A stretch of DNA of 64,000 nt from Heptranchias perlo (lineage: Eukaryota). A model generated the notes under the pieces. That model was given only the letters and a program-made list of their open reading frames with translations. It had not been told where the DNA came from and did no database searches. The stretch's first letter is position 1, and each line of letters opens with the position of its first letter. The position numbers were made by a program, and so were the translations under genes. Below are positions 23,140-36,208 of this stretch, one piece after another. The DNA lies in NCBI RefSeq assembly GCF_035084215.1, contig NC_090361.1:3658001-3722000 (forward strand). The letters are read 5' to 3'.

Positions 23140-25050
23140 CTGAATGAGAAGGTTGTGGGTTCAAGTCCCATTCCAGAGACTTGAGCACATAATCTAGGCT
23201 TACACTCCAGTGCAGTACTGAGGGAGTGCTGCACTGTCAGAGGTGCCGTCTTTCAGATGAGACGTTAAACCGAGGCCCTGTCTGCCCTCTCTTTTTTTAA
23301 AAATTCGTTCATGGGATGTGGGCGTCGCTGGCGAGGCTGGCATTTATTGCCCATCCCTAATTGCCCTTGAGAAGGTGGTGGTGAGCTGCCTTCTTGAACC
23401 GCTGCAGTCCGTGTGGTGAAGGTTCTCCCACAGTGCTGTTAGGAAGGGAGTTCCAGGATTTTGACCCAGCGATGATGAAGGAACGGTGATATATTTCCAA
23501 GTTGGGATGGTGTGTGACTTGGAGGGGAACGTGCAGGTGGTGTTGTTCCCATGTGCCTGCTGCCCTTGTCCTTCTAGGTGGTAGAGGTCACGGGTTTGAG
23601 AGGTGCTGTCGAGGGAGCCTTGGCGAGTTGCTGCAGTGCATCCTGTGGATGGTGCACATTGCAGCCACAGTGCACCGGTGGTGAAGGGAATGAATGTTTA
23701 TGGTTGATGGGGTGCCAATCAAGCGGGCTGCTTTGTCCTGGTTGGTGTCGAGCTTCTTGAGTGTTGTTGGAGCTGCACTCATCCAGACAAGTGGAGAGTA
23801 TTCCATCACACTCCTGACTTGTGCCTTGTAGATGGTGGAAAGGCTTTGGGGAGTCAGGAGGTGAGTCACTCGCCGCAGAATACCCAGCCTCTGACCTGCT
23901 CTTGTAGCCACAGTATTTATGTGGCTGGTCCAGTTAAGTTTCTGATGATTGGGACCCCCAGAATATTGATGGTGGGGGATTCAGCGATGGTAATGCCGTT
24001 GAATGCAAGGGGAGGTGGTTAGACTCTCTCTTGTTGGAGATGGTCATTGCCTGGCACTTGTCTGGCTCGAATGTTACTTGCCACTTATCAGCCCAAACCT
24101 GGATGTTGTCCAGGTCTTGCTGCATGCGGGCACGGACTGCTTCATTATCTGAGGGGTTGCGAATGGAACTGAACACTGTGCAATCGTCAGCGAACGTCCC
24201 CATTTCTGACTTTATGATGAAGGGAAGGTCATTGATGAAGCAACTGGAGATGGTTGGGCCTAGGACACTGCCCTGAGGAACTCCTGCAGCAATGTCCTGG
24301 GGCTGAGATGATTGGCCTCCAACAACCACCACCATCTTCCTTTGTGCTAGGTATGACTCCAGCCACTGGAGAGTTTTCCCCCTGATTCCCATTGACTTCA
24401 ATTTTACGAGGGCTCCTTGGTGCCACACTCGGTCAAATGCTGCCTTGATGTCAAGGGCAGTCACCCTCACCTCACCTCTGGAATTCAGCTCTTTTGTCCA
24501 TGTTTGGACCAAGGCTGTAATGAGGTCTGGAGCCGAGTGGTCCTGGCGGAACCCAAACTGAGCATCGGTGAGCAGGTTATTGGTGAGTAAGTGCCGCTTG
24601 ATAGCACTGTCGACGACACCTTCCATCACTTTGCTGATGATTGAGAGTAGACTGATGGGGCGGTAATTGGCCGAATTGGATTTGTCCTGCTTTTTGTGGA
24701 CAGGACAATTTTCCCATATTGTTGGGTAGATGCCAGTACTGTAGCTGTACTGGAACAGCTTGGCGGTTAAAGATCCCATGGCACTATTTCGAAGAAGAGC
24801 AAAGGAGTTCTCCCAGTTGTCCTGGCCAATATTTGTCCCGCAACTCGCAACCCACATCACTCCAAAAACAGATCATCTGTTCTTTATCATAATTGCTGTT
24901 TGTGGGATCTTGCTCTGCACAAATTGACTGCCACGGTTCCTACATTACATCAGTGACTACACTTCAAAAGTATTTCATTGGCGGTAAAGCACTTTGGGAT
25001 GTCCTGAGGTCATGAAAGGTGCTATATAAATGCAAGTCTTTCTTTTCTTC
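23140..25050 (+). mobile_element. Deu-domain SINE split by a LINE insertion
   Basis: 5' half 23140-23291 ends ...ctgccctctc; 3' half resumes near 24768 at aaagatcccatggcac and runs to the tail at 25050. Confidence 0.85.
23292..24765 (-). mobile_element. Non-LTR retrotransposon (CR1/L2/Crack-like group, distinct from the dominant CR1), 5'-truncated RT
   Basis: NYRPISLLS, QFGFR, DIKAAFDRVWH, GVPQGSVLGP, FADD and YKAQVRSVMEY motifs; 3' UTR with gggcaataaa and an A-rich tail. Confidence 0.92.
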
Positions 25051-27489
25051 AAACTACATAAAATGCTGAGAAAAATTATAATTTTTTTGCTGCTTGCATT
25101 TCACAACTGTTATTTGGAAATTTTCTGCCTGGGTCCACAGTTCACTTGGGGTGTGGTAATTCCGCTGGAATAGGATGATAACTGCACCTCCCTCAGTGCC
25201 CCTCTCTCATACACACAATGTTTCCACAAGAGCTCTCACTCCCTGGTCCTTTTCTACCTGTTTGACATGTGATATGGTTTGGCATGGTGTACGCTGGTTA
25301 TGGTAGTTCCACAGGAGCTGGGTTAATAGTAAAATATCCATGTTACCTCTCCCGTTACATGCAATTGCCGGAGTGTCTAGTGACACCACTGTGTCAGACA
25401 GCGAGTTGGAGGGAGCGGGATTTATAGCAGGACTCACAGCAAACAGTTTGTTAACAGAGTCTATTTAAAGAGTCTGCAGCAAACAGAACTCATGACTGAA
25501 ACTGCTGCAACTTCTCCTGATAAAAGCAGGATTATTTCTCCAGCAAATTGCCTTGAATGGAGGATAGTTACATAATATAATAATTATGTGCATAAAATCA
25601 ATCCCAGTCACTTACAGCAGTGCGGGCTCCAGGTGTGATTGACGGGGGAATTACCCAATCATCTCCATTCTGGCCGGGACTTATGGTGTCACTATAGGCA
25701 GCCCACAATTGGTCTACAGCAGTTGAAAATTCCTAGGATCTGGGCCCAGGTGAAATATCCAACTCTAGCCCCAGGCTCCAGATAGAAGGGAAGGCCTATG
25801 CATTGAAAACTCCTTGCAGACATTTCCAATGTTAAATAATCCGGTTTTCAGGTAAATGTTTTTTTTTCCCTCAGAATTATGTAATTTTTAATGTGTTTGT
25901 TATAAATGAGATTTCTATCTGTCTACATATGAAACTTTGATGTTCTAGGGATTGGTTATAATCTCCTTCCTGGCAGATTTTGTTATTTTTGCTCAGGTTA
26001 ACTGTCTATTGAGCCTACACTGGACTTTAAATTTTGCATGGCCCGCTGTGTGATACCTGTTTTGGGTGAAGATATGTTTGCTGCAGCTCAACTCTCTTCA
26101 CTCAATCTATCGAACTGGGTCTGCAGTTTATACCTAAACACAAGCACCAGGACTGCAATTCAGAGTGGAATGTGTCCAGCCCCAGGAGATATGTTAGGTC
26201 TTAGGAATGCTCTGTTTCACGAACTTTGGTTGAGTAAACATAACCATGTTGTATAACTGGGGACTGTTAACGTGACCTGGCCGTCTTAATAAACCTGTGA
26301 AGCGCCAAATGGTCTTCCTCAAAGTCTTGTAGACCAAAGACGCAGGTGGTGTTTGACTAGCGATCTTGTTAGAGTGGGTGTCTTCGAAACATGGAAACAT
26401 CTGACTTTGGGGTTGTATTTCTTCCAACTGGGACTCACAGTCCTGAGTTAATGAACATCGCTGCTCCAATCTTTAATCCCATTTCTAGGAAGCTTTGTGC
26501 TCGAGTCTCTGAAATGGGACTTGAGCCCACGACCTTCTGACTCAGAGGCGAGAGCGCTGCCCACTGACACTTCATTTAGTAATTGTACATGTTGCTTTTA
26601 GCTGCACTCTAATTATTTTTTTCCCTCTTCTTCCACACTTAACCCTCTTTGGGTTTTAATGCAGAAATCAATTCTTCAGTCTTAAAAAAAAGCAATCTGA
26701 AGTTCATCCCATTGAAATGAATGGAATCATGACATTGTCCAAGAATTGGGTGTAGCACCAGTTTGAGCCAGTGTGTAGAGAGCGGAACTGAACGTAATCT
26801 CCCCCCTTATTCAACGAGCAACACTTTTAGCAATGGAAGCACCTCATTTGCAATTGGTTCCTGGGTGCGTCAGTGCAGAAAAACAAAACTGTAGAATTGT
26901 CAATTCAATAATGCCGGCAGAGATTGCCCCAGCAGTTTGATTAAGAGCAGCCCGATTTACTGGACTCTTTTAAACTCCTACCTCAAGTGAAAAGCATGCA
27001 GCGATTGAGGGAAAACTGAGGGGGGGGGAGAAGGGAACATCACATCTTTGTAAAAAGTATCAACAAAACTTCAAGTTAATGGGAATGAACAATGGTGACG
27101 CAGTAGGTTGTAAGCAATTTGAGACATCTGACCCCACTGTCCTGATCTCAATCACACTTCCTATCCCCGTTTACAATCCACTGAACCCCCATGATATTAC
27201 TTAATTATATGGCGGAATAGTTTGGTAAATAAGTGCAACTTCCACTTGTTAAGCAAAATAGATTTGGGAACATTCCCTGGACGTGAGATCATGCTGCTTT
27301 CAGGTCAACACCAAAAATACAAACCCATAATGAATATATTTGAGGAGCTCCAGAGCATTAGTTTGTGAAATATTTATACTCTCCCTTCATATGAATCTAT
27401 GACTGGCGCTGATGTCTGGGATAAGTGGTTCAGTATCAGGGTGGGAGTTACTGCTCTTAATACAAGGTGAAAACTGCAAAACAAGAGAA

Positions 27490-27920
27490 AGAAAGACGTC
27501 CCAAAACACTTTACAGACAATGAAATATTTTTTTCGAAGTGTAGTCACTGTTCTAATGTAGGAAACACAGCAGCCAATTTGCGCACAGCAAGGTCCCACA
27601 AGCAGCAATGGGATAATGACCAGATAACGTTTTTAGTGATGATGGTTGAGGGATCAATATTGGCCCAGGACACCGGGGAGAACTCCCCCTGCACTTCTTC
27701 AAATAGTACCATGGGATTTTTTACATCCACCTGAGAGGGCAGACGAGGCCTCGGTTTAACGTCTTATCCAAAAGATGACACCTCCGACAGTGCAGCACTC
27801 CCTCAGTACTGCACTGGGAGTGTCAGCCTGGATTATGTGCTCAAGTCTCTGGCGTGGGGCTTAAACCCACAACTTTCTGACTCAGGCGAGAATGCTGCCC
27901 AGTGAGCCAGGGCTGACACC
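27490..27920 (-). mobile_element. Deu-domain SINE
   Basis: Same head and core as 21937-22398. Confidence 0.85.
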
Positions 27921-28647
27921 TGGTATAAAGAGCAAGAGTTTTGTGACCAGAAAATAGAACGAAACACACAGTCTATGAGTATCTAGCTCCAGCTGAAGCT
28001 GTATCAATTCATGCTGTACAAAAACAAAAATCAAACTCACAATTATGTAGTAAATGTTGATTTGGTAACTGGACATTACTGCATTTTGTAGCTGTTTGAA
28101 GTCACAGCATTAACTGCCTTTAAAGTTTTGAGAGGCAGGGACAATGTAGGTGTAAGAAGATGAGGTAAATTGTGAGCGCAGAACGAGAGGGAGCAGTGTA
28201 ACATTAATAAACTCCAAGTGAAACTGGAAACTAGAGTAATGTTCTCCCCAGAGGGCGATGGATATGTGTTTATAGACTCCCAGCAACACCAGGCAAAGCT
28301 GTGTTAACTCTTTCAAAAAGGAACTGGATAGATATTTAGTTGGGTGACGGATTGGAAGCCGAATGGATAGCTGTAGCCTGATGGTTCATTGGCCATGATG
28401 GGTCCTGTGCTGCTAAGGTTGGGGTAATGGGGGCCAATGTTTAATAGTGGCGATGGGAAGGACAACTGTTCTGCAGTATTGATTGCCTTTGGGAAATGGA
28501 GGGTGTGTCTATGTTGAAGGTTCTAGAAGGTGATTAATCAGGCAGGGTACAGCCCACGACAGGACAGGTTGTACATGGATTGGGGAAGGAGTTGGATTGA
28601 TGGGCCTTTTCTCACGTCCTTACGAACTAAAGATCAAACTCGTGCTG

Positions 28648-29272
28648 GCAATTTCCTCTAGAGCTTCTCCCGCTCCATCGCCAAAACCTCAGCAGAAGTT
28701 CGGTTCAAGGCCCCGTTTACAAGCATTAACTGGGAATCTGCCTAAACTACGGAGGCGGAGAGGGAGGAAATTCCCCGCCCACGCGGACGGCTCCATTTTG
28801 AAAGGGGGCCTACCGCTGGGTGTCCAAAGCGCCCGCCCGTTTTGGGCAATAGGCCCCTTTTAAATATGGAAATCTGGGTCCGAAGACGTAAACAAGAACC
28901 CAAATTGCGTTTTTAGGTAGGAACTGGTTGGAACCCGGGCAGATCCACGGGCAATGGAAGAGAAGAGGTCGTTTAAAGTCAAGTGTTGAATAATTTTAGT
29001 GGGCCCCGGAGGTGCAGGAGTCAACCACCGGGGCCCACAAAAATAACCTGGGACCCCCACCCTCCGCAATCGCCACCCCCCCTTCCAGCAACATACCTTG
29101 CTAGTGGCAGCTCCAGCCTGATTTTCAGCCTTCAACCTGGTGAGCTGTGTCGGCACGCTCTGTATGGCACCCAGAAACTCCCCTGGCGAATTTAATTGAG
29201 GCCGGAGCCTCAAAATAAGGTGGGGGGCCTCCCCTGCGCTGGTTTGGCCGGCCAAAAGTCAAATCTACCCCC
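28648..29272. mobile_element. GC/CpG-rich non-autonomous DNA-transposon-like sequence (composite)
   Basis: Inverted ends aatttcctc...gaggaaatt (28650-28772), then a CpG-rich segment ending aaatctacccc; related gaggaaattcc end near 39590. Confidence 0.4.
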
Positions 29273-31189
29273 CTGATCTCGAGTTGGGCTGCTGTGGGGG
29301 CACAACCTGATGGAGGCCAGGCTCCTCCTCGCAGGGCAAGGGAGAAATCAGAGAGCATGCGTATGGCTGTAAGTCCCCTTGGTTTCCAGTGGCTGGTCCA
29401 CGGTGTAGCACAGGTTGTCTAAAATTGAGTGTAGGTAGAAGCTTCAGCAACTGAACGGGAAGAAACAAGAAGGATTAATGTTTGGATCCTTTTCAGAAGA
29501 ATCAAATCTCTCAGTAAATCTCCCTGTGGCATTGCTTGGGGGAATTCTTCCAGTTTTCACGCATCATTTGGTGAGCTTTGGTAGAGATTCATAGTTGGTG
29601 CAAGAGTGCTAAACTCCACTCAAGCCTCACATTATGGCTGCTCAAGACTCTAGGAATTTAGAGGTCGAGGGTTTCCAGTAATGCTCCTGTAATCCAGTTA
29701 TAACAGGTGCTGTGCAAATGTGAACATCATTATATTTCTGAAGGATCTGTTTGCCATCTGATAAAGAAACAGATGTTGTCTGGGCAGTTTGTTGTGCTCA
29801 TTAATGGTGTCTGAGAGACTGTTAGGAGCAATTTAGAATATTTCCCTTTGCTAATGCAATGTAAAGAAAATGGAAAATGTAAGGTTTGCATGTGTTGACC
29901 ATAAGACCATAAGAGATAGGAGCAGGAGTAGGCCATTCGGCCCCTCGAGCCTGCTCTGCCATTTAATTAGATCATGGCTGATCTGATTTTTACCACAACT
30001 CCACTTTCCTGCCCTTTCTCCATATCCTTTGATTCCCTTGCAGATCAAAAATTTGTCTAACTCAGCCTTGAATGTATTCAATGACAGCCTCCACAGCTTT
30101 TTGGGGTAAAGAATTCCAAAGATTCACAACCCTCTGGGAGAAGAAATTCCTCCTCATTTCTGTCTTAAAACATCAACCCCTTATTCTGAGACTATACCCC
30201 CTAGTTTTGGATTCCCCCATGAGGGGTAACATCCTCTCAGCATCTACCCTATCGAGTCCCCTCAGAATCTTGTATGTTTCAATAAGATCTCCTCTCATTC
30301 TTTTAAACTCCAATGAGTATAGACCCAACCTGTTCAATCTTTCCTCATAAGACAACCCTTCCATACCCAGAATCAACCCAGTGAACCTTCTCTGAACTGC
30401 CTCCAAGGCAAGTATATCCTCCCTTAAATAAGGGCACCAGAACTGTACGCAGTACTCCAGGTGTGGTCTCACCAGCACCCTGTACAGTTGTAGCATGACT
30501 TCCCTGCTTTTATACTCCATCCCCCTAGAAATAAAGGCCAATATTCCGTTTGCCTTCTGGATTACCTGCTGCACCTGTATGTTGACTTTTTGTATTTCAT
30601 GTACGAGGACACCCAGATCCCTCTGTACCGCAGCATTTTGTAGTATTTCTCCATTCAAATAATATTTTGCTTTTTTATTTTTCCTCCCAAAGTGGATGAC
30701 TTCACATTTTCCCACATTATATTCCATCTGCCAAATTTTTGCCCATTCGCTTAACCTGTCAATATCCCTTTGCAGACACTTTGTGTCCTCATCGCAACTT
30801 GCTTTTCCACCTATCTTTGTATCATCAGCAAATTTGGCCACAAGACACTCTGTTCCTTCATCCAAGTCATTGATCTATATTGTAAATAGTTGAGGCCCCA
30901 GCACTGAGCCCTGCGGCACCCCACTAGTTACAGATTGCCATTTTGAAAATTACCCTTTTATCCCGACTCTCTGTTTTCTGTTAGTTAGCCAATCCTCTAT
31001 CCATGCCAGTATATTACCCCCAACACCATGAGCTCTTATCTTGTGCAGTAATCTTTTATGTGGCACCTTATCAAATGCCTTTTGGAAATCCAAATATACT
31101 GCATCCATTGGTTCCCCTTTATCCACCCTGCCCGTTACTTCCTCAAAGAACTCTAATAAATTTGTCAGACATGATTTCCCCTTCATAAA

Positions 31190-31590
31190 CATAGAAACAT
31201 AGAAAATAGGAGCAAGAGTAGGCCATTCGGCCCTTCGGGCCTGCTCCGCCATTCAAATGATCATGGCTGATCGTCTAACTCAGTACCCTGTTCCCGCTTT
31301 TTCCCCATGTCCCTTGATCCCTTTAGCAATAAGAAATATATCTATCTCCTTCTTGAATACATCTAATGACTTGGCTTCCACTGCCTTCTGTGGTAGAGAA
31401 TTCCACAGGTTCACTACCCTCCTGAGTGAAGAAATTTCTCCTCATCTCGGTTCTAAATGGCAGACCCCATATCCTGAGACTGTGACCCCTGGTTCTGGAC
31501 TCCCCAGCCATCGGGAACATCCTCCCTGCATCTAGTCTGTCTAGTCCTGTTAGAATTTTATATGTTTCGATGAGATCACCTCTCGTTCTT
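31190..31590 (-). mobile_element. CR1 3' fragment of another subfamily nested in the RT of the large CR1
   Basis: Interrupts host atgatttccccttcataaa|aaccatgttgactc and has its own (atagaaac) tail. Confidence 0.85.
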
Positions 31591-33332
31591 CAAAACCATG
31601 TTGACTCTCCTTGATTGTATTATGAGTGCTGCTTAATAATGGATTAACTTCCTTAATAATGGATTCTAGCATTTTCCCAATGACAGATGTTAGGCTAACT
31701 GGTCTATAGTTACCTGCTTTCTGTCTCATTGCCTTCTTGAATAGGGGTGTTACGTTTGCGGTTTTCCAACCCGCTGGGACCTTTCCAGATTACAGCCAAT
31801 GCATCCACTATCTCTGTAGCCACTTCCTTTAAGACCCTCGGATGCAAGCCATCAGGTCCAGGGGACTTGTCAGCCTTGAGACCCATTAGTTTACCTAATA
31901 CTTTTTCTCCAGTGATAGTGATTGTTTTTAGTTCCTCCCTCCCCTTTGCCCCTTGATTTTCTACTATTATTGGTATATTATTAGTGTCTTCTACTGTGAA
32001 GACAGATACAAAATATCTGTTCAATTCCTCTGCCATTTCCTTGTTTTCCATTATTATTTCCCCAGTCTCATCCTCTAAGGGACCAATGTTTACTTTAGCT
32101 ATCCTCTTCCTTTTTATATACTTGTAGAAGCTTTACTGTCAGTTTTTATATTTCTTGCTAGTTTACTCTCATAATTTATTTTCTCCCTCTTTATTATTCT
32201 TTTAGTCATCCTTTGCTGGTTTTTAAAGTTTTCCCAATCTTCGGGCTTACCAGTAATCTTTGCCATGTTGTATGCTTTTTCTTTTAACCTGATACCATCC
32301 TTGACTTCCTTAGTTAGCCATGGTTGGTTTACCCTTTTTGTGTAGTCTTTCACAGGGATTTATTTTTGTTGCGAGTCGTAAAATATCTTTTTAAATGTTT
32401 GCCATTGCTTATCCACCATCATACCATCTAATCTGTTTACCCAGCCCACTTTAGCCAATTCCGCCCTCATTCCTTTATAATTACACTTATTTAGGTTTAA
32501 TACAGTAGTTTCAGACCCAAGATCCTCGCTCTCAAACTGGATGTGAAATTCTATCATGTTATGATCACTGCTTCCCAAGGGATCCTTTACTTTGAGATCA
32601 TTAATTAATCCTGTTTCATTACCCATTACCAGATCCAAAATCTAAGAAACAGTCCCTAATACACTCTATGAACTCCTCCTCAGGGTTATTTTTGCCAATT
32701 TGATTTATCCAATCTATGTGAAAGTTAATATCGCCCATGATTATTGCATTACCTTTTTTACAAGCCTCCCTTATTTCCTGATTTATATTTTGCCCTACAG
32801 TGTAGCTACTGTTGGGGGGAACTATATACTACTCCCACCAGTGATTTATTTCCCTTGCTATTTCTTACCTCCACCCAATTGATTCGACATCTTGATCTTC
32901 TGAGCCAAGATCATTTCTCACTATTATATCAATTTCATCCTTTATTAACAGAGCTACCCCACCACCTTTACCTTTTTTCCTATCCTTCCAAAATGTTAAA
33001 TAACCCTGAATATTTAGCTCCCAACCTTGGTCACCTTGCAACCACGTCTCTGTAATGACCACGAGATCAAACCCATTTGTTTCTATTTGTGCCGTCAATT
33101 CATCGATCTTATTACGAATGCTGCGCGCATTCAGATAAAGAACCTTTAATTTTGTCTTTTTACCATTCTGTCCTACCCCGGCCCCATTTGCTTGTGCACT
33201 CTTATGTTTGTACGCTCTGTCCCTTCCTGACACACTCTGTTTATCATTACCCCCATCACTTTCCTGCGCTACTTCCTTGTCTTTTCTCTATCAATCTAAA
33301 CTTCGTCCCATCTGAGACCTCCCCCCCTCTAT

Positions 33333-33965
33333 TTAGTTTAAAGCCTTCTCTATCGCCCTAGTTATTCGGTTTGTCAGAACACTGATCCCAGCACGGTTCA
33401 GGTGAAGCCCGTCCCAGTGGAACAGCTCCCTCTTTCCCCAGTACTGGTGCCAGTGCCCCATGAATCGAAACCCACTTCTCCCACACCAATCTCTGAGCCA
33501 CGCATTCATCTCTCTGATCTGATTTACCCTGTGCCAATTTGCTCGTGGGTCAGGTAATAATCCGGAGATTATCACCTTTGTGGTTCTGCTTTTTAATTTA
33601 GTCCCTAGCTGCTCAAACTCCCTCAGCAGAACCTCTTTCTTAGTCCTACCTATGTCGTTGGTACCTATGTGGACCACGACAACTGGATCCTCCCCCTCCC
33701 ACTCCAAGTTTCTCTCCAGCCCTGAGGAGATGTCCTTAACCCTGGCACCGGGCAGGCAACACAGCCTTCGGGACTCTCGCTCTTGGCTGCAGAGAACAGT
33801 GTCTATCCCTCTAACTATACTGTCGCCTACTACAACCACATTCCTTTTTACTCCCCCCACTTGAATGGCCCCCTGAACCACGGTGCCGTGGCCAGTTTGC
33901 TCATCCTCCCTGCAGTCCCTGCACTCGTCCACAAGGGCTGCAAGAACCTTGTATCCATTGGACAA
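33333..33965 (-). CDS. CR1 ORF1 C-terminal SGNH/GDSL esterase domain
   Basis: Blocks VVVGDSIVRG, CCLPGARVKD, VVHIGTNDI and WDGLHLN, all uninterrupted in a 210-aa ORF immediately upstream of ORF2. Confidence 0.85.
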   Translation of the reverse strand: MSNGYKVLAALVDECRDCREDEQTGHGTVVQGAIQVGGVKRNVVVVGDSIVRGIDTVLCSQERESRRLCCLPGARVKDISSGLERNLEWEGEDPVVVVHIGTNDIGRTKKEVLLREFEQLGTKLKSRTTKVIISGLLPDPRANWHRVNQIREMNAWLRDWCGRSGFRFMGHWHQYWGKRELFHWDGLHLNRAGISVLTNRITRAIEKALN

Positions 33966-33989
33966 GTGCAGAGGCTGATGCTGCTGATT

Positions 33990-34268
33990 GATAGGCCATT
34001 TAGAACCGAGATGAAGAGAAATTTCTTCTCTCAGAGGGTGGTGAACCTGTGGAATTCTCTACCACAGAAGGCAGTGGAGGCCAAGTCATTAGATGTATTC
34101 AAGAAGGAGATAGATATATTTCTTAATGCTAAAGGGATCAAGGGATATGGGGAAAAAGCGGGAACAGGGTACTGAGTTAGACGATCAGCCATGATCATTT
34201 TGAATGGCAGAGCAGGACTGAAGGGCCGAATGGCCTACTCTTGCTCCTATTTTTTATGTTTCTATGAT
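33990..34268 (+). mobile_element. CR1 3' fragment, same subfamily as 31190-31590, opposite orientation
   Basis: RPFRTEMKRNFFSQRVVNLWNSLP plus tail. Confidence 0.85.
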
Positions 34269-35666
34269 TCCTCTGCCCTGAGCTCAAAAGACGTTGGGTT
34301 TTTATGTCCCTCCTGCCAGGAAACTCCCACTATATTTGGAACAACACCTCATAAGACCCTTATAGATTAACAAAGTTGTTTTTCAAAGAATTCAAGATGG
34401 TCCGTTTGTTTTAACATTACTCATCTAACCACAAGATCCTTTTGAAGGTAGCCTTGTTTGGCTATCTAGCCATGGTCCTGGGCTTATTGCTATCTTTGGA
34501 TTATTGTTCCTGTTTTATCACACAGCTGGTGTTTAGCAGGGAGGGTGACGGAGACCAGTCATTTTTCAAAGGTTAACAGTTTACAATTCAGCAAAATAAG
34601 CCGCGGACTCAGCAAAATACGCAGCACGGCTGCAGAGCATGATGGTTAGTAGCTTTAAGACAAAGATGTTAATTTTTTCCCGTTTCCAATATCCTTCCAC
34701 TCTGGTATTCACTCTCCACCCTCCCCACTATTAATGGGGCTGCTGTAATTGCACCTGTGTGGAAGTTGGTTGGATGTTCTGCACTGACCATCATGCTCTG
34801 CCGTCGTTCGCTAGCCTGCTGATGCTCGACGTCAGGGCCCACGTAAATAATGGCCACTCGGGCGAGGTAGCAGATGGAGCTGTGGAACTGGACCCCATCT
34901 GGAATCAGCACCTACAGGAGCAGAGGGTAGAAGGCGAGCAAATTACCAAACCTGATGGGGCTTTGATGCATTGCCCTGTCTGGGGGGGATGGGGGTTCAC
35001 TTTATTGCTGGGGACATGTCAAGCTTCCCAAATTGGCTTCTCGCCTCTCCCAGGAGTTCACATGGTTTCGGGTGGGATGGGGGAGTGGCTGTATTGTGAT
35101 GCACAATTGTCTGGGACAGGCTGGATGGACCAGGGGGTCTTTCCCCATCTGTCATTGTTCGTATGTTATTTTGGCTGATGCTTTGACTATCTGGGCTGCA
35201 TTTCCTGTCCTTGCCCGCGGACTCTCTGGAGTTACCGATGCAGGAGATTAAAATCAATCATTCACATAATGTCAGAGCAGCCACTGTACTGAAATAAATG
35301 AGAATACAATGTACCAGAAGAACAAAAAGAAACAGAGGAATTTTCATAGAAAGTTAGGGCACATTGACCAGAGAGCGTTAGCGAACAATACATTCTGTTA
35401 GTTGTCACTGTTCTACTCAAACCAGCCGTAACTCACCAGTGACAATAAAAACCCTTGAAAATAGAGAGAGAGAAAAAAAATCCATCCCTTTCTTCCAACT
35501 GATGGATGTAAATGTGGAACTGGATTTTTAGGGCGATGCACTCAGATTGTGTTTCAAGGTTTGGACTCTGAAATGGGTCCAGGTCCAGATTCTGCATTTT
35601 TAAAAGATTAATGAATGCACAAGGGATTATAAAGAAAGCTTCCCCGGAGCCTGCTCAGGGACCAGT

Positions 35667-36037
35667 TAGTGTTGCCAACCTCCCAGTAATGGCCTGGAGT
35701 CTCCAGTAATTGAAGAATAATCGCCAGGTCACTGCTGCGAGCAAACCCGGGAGAAAAATCAAAAAGGCATTAAAAATTATTACGCTTTTTTGGTTTTCTT
35801 TGAGCGCTTTTGTTTATTAGTTATAAAAATATTGGAGATGGGGAGAAAAAGCTGTTTGACCGAGAGTCAAGGATCATCCAGCTGGGTAAATGAAGAGTCT
35901 TTTCGCTTTCCGATTGGCCGTGGGAAGGCGGGACATTGCGAGGATTGATATGTTGGGCGACCAATGGCGGGAGTGTGTGCGGTGGGTCATGTGTTGAAAC
36001 CTCCAGGAATGCATTCAACCAGAGTTGGCAACCCCTA
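35667..36037 (-). mobile_element. hAT MITE related to 17048-17394
   Basis: TIRs TAGTGTTGCCAAC / GTTGGCAACCCCTA; TSD GGACCAGT/GGACCAGG (7 of 8 match). Confidence 0.8.
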
Positions 36038-36208
36038 GGACCAGGGGAAGAAAGGACCAAGACAGCAGCAGGAAGTACATTACAATCTGAGGTACCTGTA
36101 GGATGGTGTGAATATGGTGTAATGGGCACTCCGAATAGACAAACACATCTCCTTCTCTGGTGAATAAAGCAGCGTCCGTTCCCTCTTCCACACCATTCAC
36201 TTCCTTTT

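Larger units (their letters stand above)
29898..33975 (-). mobile_element. Near-complete, degraded CR1 LINE (ORF1 esterase plus ORF2 endonuclease-RT)
   Basis: Ordered remnants: SGNH/GDSL esterase, APE (LYLNARSIRNK, ITETWL, SSDHN), KSPGPDG, YLDFQKAFDKVPH, KFADDTK, C-terminus and (ataagacc)n tail. Frameshifts and deletions present. Confidence 0.95.

Noticed and set aside
23934-24860. 308-aa RT ORF as a host or domesticated gene
   Set aside because: The N-terminus reads through antisense SINE sequence and the LINE part is 5'-truncated and frameshifted.
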